Positions 1 through 12,263 of a stretch of DNA of 64,000 nucleotides are shown here, piece by piece; the first letter of the stretch is position 1, and every line of letters begins with the position of its first letter. The notes beneath the pieces were generated by a model. The model saw only the letters and a list, made by a program, of their open reading frames with translations, had not been told where the DNA came from and did no database searches. The DNA lies in contig CP075496.1 in NCBI GenBank assembly GCA_021613535.1, positions 13,268,001 to 13,332,000 on the forward strand. The letters run 5' to 3'. Source of the stretch: Adineta vaga. Its lineage: Eukaryota > Animalia > Rotifera. The translations under genes were made by a program, and so were the position numbers.

Positions 1-1577
1 TAATTTCTCTTTACATTGATCGAAACCTTGTAATAATGTTCCATATTTTTGAATTTTTGTTTTCACTTGCCGTAATTCAGTTCTATCTCCTTTGGTTTCT
101 TCGAGTAGAGTTACGTTTGTTGCAACGGGAAAAATATGTTCAGAACGAAACCCTTTTTGTTCAAGTTCGAGTTTTGCTTTTGTATAATGTTCTTGGTATT
201 TCATTTGTGTTTGACACGAATCAAGTTTTGTGATTATACCAAAAGCACGTTTCATTCCATCGAAATGACCATGTTGTATTTCATTTAATAATTGTATTTG
301 ATGGTCAGTTAAACTTGGTCGTTGTCCGTCAGTTAGAAAAAGAAATGCATCAGCATCTTGTACAACACGAATGGCGGATAAACGATGTTCAACTATGGGC
401 GAATCACAACCAGGTACATCTACCAGAATATAATTCTCACCTAAAAGAACTTATCTGTCTACAAATACTGTCGTTAGCAACTCTTTCTTACCAGGTAATT
501 TGTTTGTGTAGAAAGTAACGTGTTTAACAATATTTAAATATTTCTCATCAGTAATATAAATCTCCAATTCTTTTATAGTTTCTCTACGGTCATTATCGTT
601 GGATGTATGATAATATTTTGTTAAACTATTTGGTAGAATTGTTTTTTGTTGAAGTTGACAAAGTAATGTTTGACGTTGTTTGAAATCATCATCAGTTTCA
701 TTCTGTTTCTTGTACAAGTTATCTATGGCATCTTTGAATTCATCGTCATTATAAAATTCAACATCAGCAAATAATGTTGAATCATTTGTGACGAGTGGTT
801 TAACTATTGTTTTTACTTGAGTACAACGTTCTATTCTATAAATAGATTAAAGAATTGTTTAAATCAAATTAAATAATGAAACAAAAAAGAAAAGATTTAC
901 TTGGATGGTAAAATTTTAAATCCAAGAAGTGCATTAATAAACGTTGATTTACCAGCTTTTTCAAGACCAATAATACAAATTGTATTGCATTCTTTTTCAT
1001 TTATTTTTTGCATACGTTCTACATGTTCTTTAGTTTGATTTAGTGAATCCAATAAAATATTTATTTGTGCACAATCATTTGTATTTTTATCAACGATATA
1101 TTCTTGAATAACAATCATTGTTGACATAATTTCTAATAGTTCATCAATTAGTTTTTTCAATTTATCATTTGCATGTTTTGTATTTTGTGCTTCAGTAAAT
1201 TGAATTTTCAAATTTGTAACACCTGTCTGTTGCCAGTCAAGTAATTTCTTTAACCGTTGGTAAATAAGTTGACTGGAATTATGATCAGTGATGATATTTT
1301 CTAACTCACCATGTTCCCATTTTTCTCTCAGTAAAGTTTTGTAGAGTTCATGATTTTGTTCATATTTTAGAATCAAATTTTGTGTCCATCGTCCAAGTAA
1401 ATGTAAAAATTCATTTGTATCTACACCGTATTTGGTTATGAAAGAAAAACATTCTTGTTTGTCTTCTTCTATTTGCTTAAAGATCATCTGCGCCACATTT
1501 GTGTCAGTTTTCAATTTTTTTTCAACAGAAGCAGCATCAGATGATCTCTTCTTTGATGTAATAGAGAAGAGCGACAT
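1..1577 (-). CDS. Bacterial-type dynamin-like GTPase (Dynamin_N/DLP family) with N-terminal helical extension; spliced, 3' end runs off the window
   Basis: ATG at 1577 (MSLFSITSKK). After removing GT-AG introns at ~837-900 and ~441-491 the protein reads G1 IIGLEKAGKSTFINALLG, G2 LPSKIERCT, G3 LVDVPGCDSP, ADAFLFL and G4 IITKLD, in correct order. Confidence 0.85.
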
Positions 1578-1768
1578 TTGATCATCGAATAACACGATAG
1601 ACAACTAGTATAGAACAATGCTGTGTTCTTCTTATTGACAGAGTAATGTATCGATAGAGGAAGGTAGTTCTCTCAACAAGGAGTTGTAAAACTTTTCTTT
1701 AAGAATAAAATTAATGGAGAAGAAGAAAAAAATTGTCGTCAGAATTGAAATACTGCTGATGCGTTTTC

Positions 1769-1780
1769 ATAAACCAATAA
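1769..1780 (+). promoter_or_regulatory. CCAAT-box-like 12-mer ATAAACCAATAA in the divergent DLP/SPAG16 intergenic region
   Basis: Exact 12-mer also at 25314-25325 and 47590-47601, each between divergently transcribed genes. Confidence 0.45.
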
Positions 1781-2131
1781 TGAGTCGAGAGGAAAACAAA
1801 AAATAAAATCATTCCATGTTAATAAAGAATTACAGGTCGTAAAAATCTGTCAGAGCAAGAACTTGATAAATGTTATTTTACACATATCTAGTTTTGAGCA
1901 TTTAATCATCGTTTCATTATACTTCATTTATATTCAAGTCAATTCAGCCATCAGTACTAATAGAAATAAAGTCTATAAGATGATAAAAGCTTTTCAAGAA
2001 ATTCTAGCAGGATTTTGATTATATATTACAATCGCAAAGTATTGACACAAGTAAACTGTTGTAAATATTTAAAGTAGAGAATTGCGCGCATTAATATTGC
2101 TATAGATGGCGCATTTTCTATGCTCATAGAG

Positions 2132-2147
2132 GTATTTGTTTAGCAAC
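2132..2147 (+). promoter_or_regulatory. Composite forkhead (TATTTGTTTA) plus RFX half-site (TAGCAAC) upstream of SPAG16
   Basis: GTATTTGTTTAGCAAC lies ~90 bp before the SPAG16 ATG. FoxJ1 and RFX are the established regulators of motile-cilia genes. Confidence 0.35.
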
Positions 2148-2235
2148 GTATTTTGATTTACTAGCAAATGATGAATGAAACATGCAAACATCTAAGTCTA
2201 ACTATTCTCTAGTAAAATAGTTCCTATAATCAACA

Positions 2236-5123
2236 ATGGCTACAATGGCAGCATCAAATACACGTGATTTAGGTTCAAAAGATTTAGGAATGCGTAATAA
2301 TTCATCAATAAAAATTGATCTAGCAAATATTGCTGATGTTCCTTATTATGTCGAAAGTAATTTATTATTTTTCTTATCTGTATATTCTGAAAACAAAATG
2401 TGTATTTTGTAGAACGTTATGTTCGTGCCGTTGATAATGGTGATGAATTTCAATATGAAGAAGTACCTGTTGAAGAATTCTATGATGATGGTATTCGTAT
2501 TGATGATAGGAATAGTGCGATATTTGAAAACTGTCTTTTGTTTTTTAAGATAAAGAAGAAACACTCGATGCACTTATTCGAAATGTAAAAGATCAACAAC
2601 GTGAATCCCAAGTCATTTCAACTTCAGTATGAAATCATTGTTGATCTATGTTAGATGAAATAAAATTGTTTTGTTGTCGTTTTATAGACTTCTGCATCGA
2701 TTTCTCGAGGTTCACTAACGACTCAACCTGAAGCTGTTGATGATTTCGTTCGTAATTTTCTCGTTCGTATGGGTATGAAAAAGACAATGCAACAATTTCA
2801 AGTTGAATGGCATAATTTATCATCGTCGGGACGAATTAAAACTAATGAAGCTGGTTATTTACCCGATGTTGTTAAACACAACGAAGAATTAAGTGAAAAA
2901 ATGAAATTATTAGAATCAGAAGTCGATCGATATCGTAAATCGGCCGAGTAAATTCATTCGAAATATTTATACAAATAAAAGTAAAATCAATTTTTTAGAA
3001 AAGCACGAGATGAATTTATTAAAATGAAAAAAGAACGTGATTATCATCGACAACATCATAATCGTATTGCACAAGAAAAAAATAATCTTATAACATTTGT
3101 TAAACGGTATGTAAAAGAAATTTCCTTGATATTCCAACAATTAACAAGAATATTTTCTTCTCGCTTAGACTAAAATCTCATCTATCAACATATGAACCTC
3201 AATTAGATGAATTAAAAGTCAAATATGATGCTGCCGTTCGAGAAAAGATGATGTACAAATTAGAACGAGATCGAATGCAAAATGAATTAAATGCATTGAA
3301 ATTAGGCACATCAACATCATATCAAAGTAAAGAACTGTGATATAGAATTAAATTTCAAGATTATCCGAATATTATATTTAGGTAATACAGATGGAAGTTT
3401 AGGGCCAACACAAACAAAACTTCGAGATTTAAGATTGCAAGAAGAGAAGAAACGAGTTACAATAACAAGTGAACAAAAACGATTAACAGGATCTATGGAT
3501 GAAACAAATCAATCATATGCCCAAGTTCGAAAAGAAATACTTTTTTTCTTGAATATCATTGTTATGAAATATTATTCTTAGGATTCTGAATTTCCAACTG
3601 ATACAGGAAATAATCCGTATTTAAATCGATTTGCTGAAGATGCTTTTCATCGATCAACATTAACATTAGCGAAAGAATTATTAGCACATGAAGGTCCAAT
3701 CAGTTGGTAAGAAAAAGCAAGGATGATTTCATCGAACATTGATGATTGGATTTGTTTTTTTTTTCTAGTGCTGCTATTCATCCACGTAAACATGTTGCTG
3801 TAACTGTATGTCAACTAAAAATGTTCATTTCTTTGAATGATCTTTATTTTTGATATATTATTTAGGTAAGTGATGATCGATCATGGAAAATGTGGGCCAT
3901 ACCTGAAGGTAAATTAGATATTAATGGTTTATTTTTAAAGAAAAGATTCAATGAAAATTTTTATTTTTATTCAGGTGATATGATTATGAAAGGTGAAGGA
4001 CATGCAGATTGGGTGTAAGAATTTAAAATCTTCTTTTCAATTGATTTAGTATAAATAAAAGAGTTTCTTATAGATCTGGTGTTGATTTTCATCCAACGGG
4101 AAATAAAATGGCGACATGTTCAGGTGATACAACTGTTAAAATTTGGGATTTTTCACAAAAAAAATGTGTTCATACATTTACGAATCATCTCTTACCTGGT
4201 AAATTTACTTTGATTATTGAAATATGAGATTAAATGATGATTGATTTTGTTTAGTATGGTCGGTTAATTTCCATTCATGTGGAGATTTTCTAACATCAGC
4301 ATCTCAAGATAAAACTGTTCGATTATGGGATTTAAATAGGTAAAGATTTTATCAATAAATCAAAGAAAACAATTCGTTATTTTTAATTATCATTAGTCTT
4401 CGCTGTCGAACAGTTATGCGTGGACATCAAGATTCAGTTCATTCAGCTGAATTTTTAATGTTTTCAAACATAATTCTATCTAGTTCAGTTGATAAAACTG
4501 TTATGTTATGGGATGCACGAACAGTAAATAATAAAATCAAACTAAACAGTTCAATAATCTTGTCTTACTTGTAGGGTTTAGCAGAACATACTTATGCTGG
4601 TCATGGCAATGCTTGTAACCAAGCAACATTTAATTTACGAGTAAATATTATGAAATTGAAAGACATATCAAGTGTAATCATCGATGTTTCTAGGGTGATG
4701 CAATTGCATCTTGTGATACGAAAGGTGTAGTGAAAATTTGGGATGTAAGAACAGTTAAAACTATTGTAACATTGGATTTTGGACCATATTCAGCAAATAG
4801 TGTTTCATTTCATCCAGCTGGTAAGTAGAATTTTTGTTTTGTACGAAAAGAAATTTGTTTGTTTTGTTTTTTCTTTCAAGGTCAATTATTAAGCACAGCG
4901 TCTGGTGATCGATCGATTAAACTTTATAATATTGGTTCAGAAGAAGTAAAAAGAATATGATTTTTTCGTTTGATTAAATAAAAAGTATTCTTTTGTGATT
5001 TTATTTTTCTAGTTAATTCCATTAAGTAGTCATACTGATGAAGTTCAATATGTTAAATTTGATCTTAAAGGACAATATATGATTTCCACTGGTCGTGATC
5101 GAACCTTACGTATTTGGTCTTAA
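2236..5123 (+). CDS. SPAG16: Sperm-associated antigen 16 / PF20 (central-pair WD40 protein), multi-exon
   Basis: Spliced product: PYYVE..FQYEEVP, PEAVDDFVRNFLVRMGMKKTMQQFQVEW (LisH-like), coiled coil KARDEFIKMKKERDYHRQHHNRIAQEKN, then WD40 repeats (GEGHADWV, SGDTTVKIWD, SQDKTVRLWD, GRDRTLRIWS*). Confidence 0.93.
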
Positions 5124-5249
5124 ATTTGTAGAATTTTATTTTGTTTTTCTTTTGATAAGAATATATACAAAACACATTTATTGAACAGAAACTTTTTCTT
5201 TTCTTTTTTTTTTGAAAAATAAATATTTCAACTTTCAAGAGAAATACTA

Positions 5250-5271
5250 CGATCGATCGATCGATCGATCG
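5250..5271. repeat. Perfect palindromic (GATC)5 tract
   Basis: CGATCGATCGATCGATCGATCG is its own reverse complement; lies between the SPAG16 3' end and the TEP promoter. Confidence 0.9.
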
Positions 5272-5568
5272 GCCACTCGATACGTGTTTCTAGCTACATT
5301 GTTCACTACAATAGTATTATCGAATCGTATGATTCTCGAAAGAAGATCGAGAACGATCGAAATAGAATAGAAAAGAAAATTTCGAGAAATAGGTATAGTA
5401 TATGCTTTGTTAGAAAGCACCATGTAATATCGAGGGATAAAGAATATGTACGTAGATCTTATATATCTCTCTCGTTCTATCTTTCTTCCTTTGTGTTCAA
5501 CAAAGAGAGAGTGATAACTATAGAACGTTCTTGGTCGTTCATGAATGCCTAGTCGACGATACCTACCT

Positions 5569-5576
5569 TATAAATA
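5569..5576 (+). promoter_or_regulatory. TATA box of the TEP/A2M gene
   Basis: TATAAATA 59 bp upstream of the ATG at 5628; Inr-like TCAGTT at 5590-5595. Confidence 0.55.
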
Positions 5577-5627
5577 CTGTTGTCGAGCGTCAGTTTAATT
5601 TACAACTCCTTTTCTTCAGCCATAAAG

Positions 5628-8600
5628 ATGAATGTATGTATAAGAATCATATCGAATAGTTGCCTCTTTTTTACAAGGATTCATTTTATCTATTCTAGTG
5701 GTCTTTGATCGTTCTCGCTTTGGTTGCCTTAACCGGCGTAGCTATTGCTGAAAAGTAAGATTTTAATTAATTAGAATCTTCTATTTAATAAATTTAATGC
5801 TTTTTCTAGTTCTTATCTTATTATCGCACCTAAACTTCTTAAAGTTGGGTTCGAAAATCAACTTTCCGTATTTATTGCTGCGGCTTCAAAACCCGTCGAA
5901 GTTAAATTCGAATTACTTATTGGCCAACAACGTATTAGCGGTCTAACCACAGTTAAAGCTGGTAGGTTTATTCGTATTTATTATTTAATTTTTTTTATTA
6001 ATATATAATCATTTTATAGGTGAAACACGTAATGCCACATTGACAATTCCAAAGGAATTTCCAGTTGGTGCTGCTGAATTAACCATCATCGGAACTGGCG
6101 GTATTAGTTTCGAAGATAGACGCGACGTTATTGTTTATGATAACCGTTATGTTCTTCTCGTTCAAACATCATCATCGACCTATCGTCCAAGTGATGATAT
6201 GGAAGTACGTATTATTGCCACCAACGAAGAACTTATGCCACTCGAAAACAGCGAAACTGAAATTGAAATCTATGTAAGTGATGATAATGATTTTAATTGG
6301 AAAATATATTCATATCTATTCGTTTGTTTATAATTGTAGGATGCTAACCTTAAACTTGTTGGTGAATTCCGACATGTACCTATTCGTGCTGGTAAGAAGA
6401 TTTATTTCGATTGCCGAATTTCATGACATTATTATTGATGGTTTCTTTCTAGGTATTTCTAATACTTTGACATTCCCAATTGCTATGCACTGCAATGTCG
6501 GCACATGGCTCGTATCAGCTACTATTGGAAACACCACATCATCTGTTGAAGTACTTGTTGCTCGTCCAACAACTCCATCATTTGATCTTAAGGCTATCTT
6601 TCAACGATTTCTTCTTCGTACAGACAAATTTCTTCGTGGTGTCATTGAAATCGATAACGATGAAAATGAACCAATCTTTGGTCGTGCTATCGTTGCCGTT
6701 GGTCAAATCACCGAACAAGATGTTCAAACCATGATGAAAGAACAAGCAGAAAAAATGCAAAAACATGAAAAACCATTACCAAAACCAGAAACAATGCCAG
6801 TTGTTGAAGAATGGCGCAAATGGAAATCACAAGAAATGGAAATTGCTGGTCGTGTTGAAATTAACTACGATCTTTTATCATTATTCAATGTTGATGTGAC
6901 AAAAGTTATCGCTGTTCAAGTTTACATTCAAGTCACCGATCTTGCATCAGGACAAGAACGTTTCATTCAACACGTTATCCCTGTATTCTCACGTGATGTT
7001 GTTTATGACATTCGTCCACTTGAATTCGAAGCTGGTTTCGAAAATGAATTTGAAATCATTGCCAAACGTCCAGATGGTAAACCATCAAAAATGGAAGACT
7101 TAATTGTCACCGTTTCAATGATGCTCGGTAATGAACAAGGCAAAATTCAAGATGAAAAATCAGTTGAAATCAAAGATTTCTATACACGGTATGAGCAACA
7201 TTTTTTATCAATTTAAAAGGAACAAAAAAAAACAATCATACTTTTATTTCTATCTTTTAGTGGTCGTAATGATATTGGTTTCTTCAATGTTGAAATTCCA
7301 GAAAACTGCATTGGTGTTCTTATGACAGTAAGCATCTTTTTCTTTTTGATTATCTCTATTTCTATATTTATTTTCTTTGTTTATTCCTAGATTACTCCAT
7401 TGAGTGAAGATGGCAAAGCCCGCGGTTATCGTACACATGCCGTTCCACTTATGCCAAAACCACGACGTGGTGTTAGCGGTGGCAAATTGTCCATTGAACT
7501 TTTACCATCAATCGCAAGTCCAGTTGCAACTGATGCTAATGCTCCAGTTGTTAGCTCACAAATTTCAACTGTTGGTCGTACATCAAACTTCTACATTCAA
7601 TTGGTTCCAGCTAAATCAATTCAAAAATTCCAACCCGTACCAATGTCATACGTACTTTTAACCAATGGTCGTATTACACGTACTGGTGAATTTATGATTA
7701 AACCAACCAAAGAATGTCAATCGAAGAAACGTGCTATCAAATCCGAAGAACCATTAGCACCAATCTGTGTTTTTAATGGTACTTTACCAATTGAAATTAC
7801 ACGTGACATGGTACCATACTCAACATTACTTGTCTATACATTCCAACCATCATTTGGTCTTAATGTTGCTGAATCATATCGATTCTCAGTTGCTGGTCTC
7901 TTCCAAAGTACATTAACATTAAATGCAACAATTGTTCCATATACAACAACAAGTTCAATGGTTGGTGATGATCTTACTGAATCAAAAGAAGATTTCAGTT
8001 CATCAGAAGATGTTGATCTTAGATCAGTACCACTCTCAAAACTTGCTCAAGATAAAAACGTATTGAACTTTCATTTACTGGCACCCCAGATTCAACTGTC
8101 GGCCTTAACGTTATGGAATATGATGCCGTTATTCAAGGTTTATCAACCCGAATGACCAAGGAACGTGTTCTTCAATACTTAACAGCTTATGAACAAGTAC
8201 CTATCGTCGGTATGCCAACATTCAAACGACCAACAGAAGGAAAACTCGGTATGCAAAAACGCGGAGAAGGTTTCGAACCAACCCCAGATACATCTGATTC
8301 ACAAACACTTCAAGGAGAAGGAAAAGGTGAAGGTGAAGGTGAAGGTGAAATGGACACCAGAGCTGTCTTAAGCGAAGAAGGTGAAGAACGTAAAATGCTC
8401 GAAGAATACATGGTAAACAGAAATTCTTATTTTATTAGATGTTATTATCTAACATAATTTCTTTTATAGGGATACAAAGTTCGTTATCCAATTGAAAGAA
8501 TGATCTTTGGTGTTGTCTCAAACCGTGGTTCAAAATCAACCGAAGGTGATGATAGTTATACAACATCAAGCATGGGCCGATTATATGGTGATTTACAAGG

Positions 8601-11572
8601 TCAACGACCACAATCACCTTACCGTCGTCGTGCTATGAAATCATCAAGTCAATTCGATGCTAACATTGAAGATAACAACTACGTTGTTGCTACAAGCACT
8701 CCAGTTGCATTCAAACAAACACCTGGTGCTACACCATTCAAACAAGAAGAACAACAACAAGATAAAGAAGATGTTGATATTGAACAACAAGGAGAATCAC
8801 GCCGATATGGTACACCATCATGGTACGAAAAGATGAACTCCAAATTAACATCAATCTCACAAGAAGCATTTACATTTATGCAATCAGGATTAACAATTGT
8901 TTCTGATTTCTCAACATTAAATCTTCCAGTTGAAATGCGACGAACAAACTTGACCAAATTATTCTCACACATGCGTCAACGATCATTCATTGATACTGCA
9001 TCATTCAGTGTTCGTGATGAAGCTCGTCAACTTCTTGAAGAATATCTTGCTGAATCTGATTTATCTATGATTCCACCACCAGTTATGCTCGAAGAACAAG
9101 CCCGTACTGGTTATTATCGTTCAATCTTCTTTAATACAAGCCGTATTGAATCACAAGGTACCGGAAAAGTTGTTCTTCCACGAACCAAACCATATTCAAC
9201 ATGGATTGCTACTGGATTTGCTCTTAATGCTAAGAAAGGTTTAGCTGTTGCTCAACCAATTCGTCTCCCAACAAACCAAGGTCTTTATATTCTTGGTAAC
9301 TTCCCAGATCAAGTTCAAGTTGGTGAACGTGTTCTTTTGACATACGGTATCAACAATTATCTCGGTAAAGATTTAAGCAAAGTTACAATTCGTGTTCGCG
9401 CATCAGGTGACTTCGAACTTATGGAACAAGGTGAATCTCAACGTGCTGTTTCAACCAATGGTAAAGATTATACAATGACAATTCCAACACTTCCATCACT
9501 TGGTGTTGTTACACGTCATCTTATTCTTGTACCAAAACGCGCTGGTGTTGTTAAGATTGTTCTCGAAGTCGAATGTGAATTCGGTGGTGATTATGAAGTT
9601 TTAACAACCTACGTACGTGAATCAGGTATTGAACGTCAAGAAATTTCAGCTCGTCTCTTCGATTTAACCAATGACAAGAAATCATATGGTCCAATTGTTG
9701 AAAAAATGACTCCATCACCATTCCTCCGATCAGTCCGATTATCAGTCTCAGGTAAAATATCTTCTGTTCTTTCTTTCTTTCTTCAAAATATTCATAACAA
9801 ATTAAATTCATTCTATTATTTATTTAGGTACTGGTCTCGATCGTCTTGTTGAACGTTACACATCTGAAACAAACTCATTGATCGGTGTCGATCTTGCTCT
9901 TATTCGTCTCTGGCGTTTAATGGGTCTTGCTCGTTATCTTAATGAAACATCACAAATGGAATCAATGCTTGCAGTTCAAGTTGCTGGAAACATCTCAACA
10001 GCTTATCAAAAACTTCAACTCTACAACTCTTATGATGGTTCATTTTCATTCATTTCTGATCAAGGTGAACAAATCTCATCACTCTACTTAACCTCATTCG
10101 CTTTCGGTGCTTTAATGTCACCATTTATGACTGTTCGTGACAATGTTACACTCAACCGTACATTATCATACATCTTATCTCGTCAACAACAAGATGGTTC
10201 ATTCGATGATGAAGTTTCATGTTTCCACTATCGATTCTGTTCAGGTGAATTCCGTCGTGAATCATTAACTGCTCTTGTCTTATATGCAATGACACATAAC
10301 AATGTATCTGAATATGCACCTGAATTTATTCGTCAACGATTATATATGGGTGAACAAAGTCCAGTTACACGTGCTCAACGTTTCTTAGAATCACGTCTTG
10401 ATGCTGTTAAATCATGTATGTTAACCACAACATTGATTCAATTAGCTCTTGTTCAATCACCACAATTACCAGAACAAACAAGACAAAAAATCTTCGAAAC
10501 AGTTCGTGCTCGTCAATTAACTGTTGTACCTGAAGATGGTTCACGATTCTTCAAACACACCGATAAGACAATGTTGGTTGAAGAAGATTTATTACTCAAC
10601 GGAATGATGCTTTCAATCTATACCTCAGTTGGTGACCTTAAAACTGCATCAGATTTAGCTCGTTGGATAGTTGATCGTATTGAAACACACCCACACTATG
10701 ATACAGTTTTAGATGCTGTCTTTCAAACTGAAGCATGGCTCAAAACTGATTGTCTTTTCCGTCGACGATTTTCAACAGAAAAATTCTCCGTCATTGTCGA
10801 TGTTTCAACTGATAATGGACAAAAGCAACAATTCAAAATTGATTCAACCAATATGGACATTACACAAAAACTTCGTTTCACATTACCAGTCAATCAAATC
10901 ACCTATTCAGTTAGTGGTTTCGGTATTGTTGGTGTTGTTATTCGTCAAGTTTATGTTGAAAAACAACAAAAACAAATTGGTGAACCAGCTCCATTTCAAC
11001 TCAAAAACGAATTTATGCCAATGCCATGGATCAATGAAATTACTACCCGAACATGTGTTACATATACACCAACACCCAAAGATCAACAATTAGCCAAAAA
11101 TACATTCAATCGTACTGTTGTTGTTGATGTTCAACTTCCATCAGGTAAAATATAAAATACAAGAAAAATGAATTCAATAATTTTCTTTTTCTAATTAGGA
11201 ACGCGTGTTAACCTTCGTCAAATTGGATTCTTCTTAAGCCGAGTTCCAGAAATGATCTACTTCACATTCGATACACGTGCCAACAAACTTAACTTCTTCC
11301 TTACTGTTCCATCAACAATGTATGGTAAAGATATCTGCTTCGAATGGTGTCTTGAACGTTTATCCATGATCGAACAATGGGCACCAATTCGCATTCGTGC
11401 TTATGATTATCTTCAACCCGAATCACAATTAGTTCGTCTTATGCCTGTTGAATTTCAACCAAAAGTTCTCGGATACTCATACGTTGAAGCTGTTCACAAG
11501 GCTCGACCAACCGCCGAACAAATAGCTAAAATTCAACAATCATCAAAACCAATTCCACCACCCCGTGTTTAA
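5628..11572 (+). CDS. Secreted alpha-2-macroglobulin/TEP (CD109-like) family protein without a thioester; one apparent 1-nt frameshift at 8054-8058
   Basis: Signal peptide MN|WSLIVLALVALTGVAIAE and MG1 SYLIIAPKLL. Also YVLLVQTSSSTYRPSD, STWIATGFAL..KGL (MG7), YQKLQLYNSYDGSFSF, SLYLTSF, LSRQQQDGSF (TED), and C-terminal VVVDVQLPSG..IRAYDYLQPE (receptor-binding domain). Confidence 0.9.
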
Positions 11573-12263
11573 ATGAGCGTGCCGAATGATTCGAATGACT
11601 CTATTTTTTTTCATTTGGTATGGAGAAGGAGTTCTTTTAATATACTGTAACATCTTATCCTTTTTTTAATTATCTCCTCTCCAATCTAAATCGATCGATT
11701 TTTTTCTCGCATTTTATTTATTCATTTTCATCCGTCCACACTCATTCATTTATGTTTTTTTTCTTCTCATTTGTCCTCGTCTTTGTCTTGTCTTTTACGT
11801 AAATGTTTTGTGTTCTACTTGTCCATCGTTCACAATGTACGTGAGAATGTGTTAACTATATGTCTTGTCTTCGTCTAATTCTTCTCTTTCTCTATTTATT
11901 CCGTCTATATATGGGTGCTGTTAAGATCGGACTAAAAAGGATGATTAAACTATTTTTCCTCCTTCTCAAAACTACATGTATATTCATAAAATAAAAACAT
12001 TAAAAAGCAAAATTTTCTTCATTAAAAGACTTGTGCAAAAATTAATAACATGGCAATGAAATTTATCTCAATGTTTGTTTAATAAATCATTTGATTTGAT
12101 TTTCATAAGTTATTTGGACAGAATATTTATCCTAGAGAGAAAGAAAATCCATGAGATTCGATATAATAGAAAATCTCTTTTCATTTTCCTACTGTATTTT
12201 TTTCTGATTGAATATCTAACTGAAATGTAACGATGAACATTTTTGTATAAGATTAGTTTAAAA

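Noticed and set aside
8051-8062. Programmed -1 ribosomal frameshift in the TEP gene
   Set aside because: The heptamer is non-canonical, no obvious downstream structure was seen, and a similar 1-nt homopolymer loss occurs near 63662, so assembly error is more parsimonious. Kept only as a low-interest finding.
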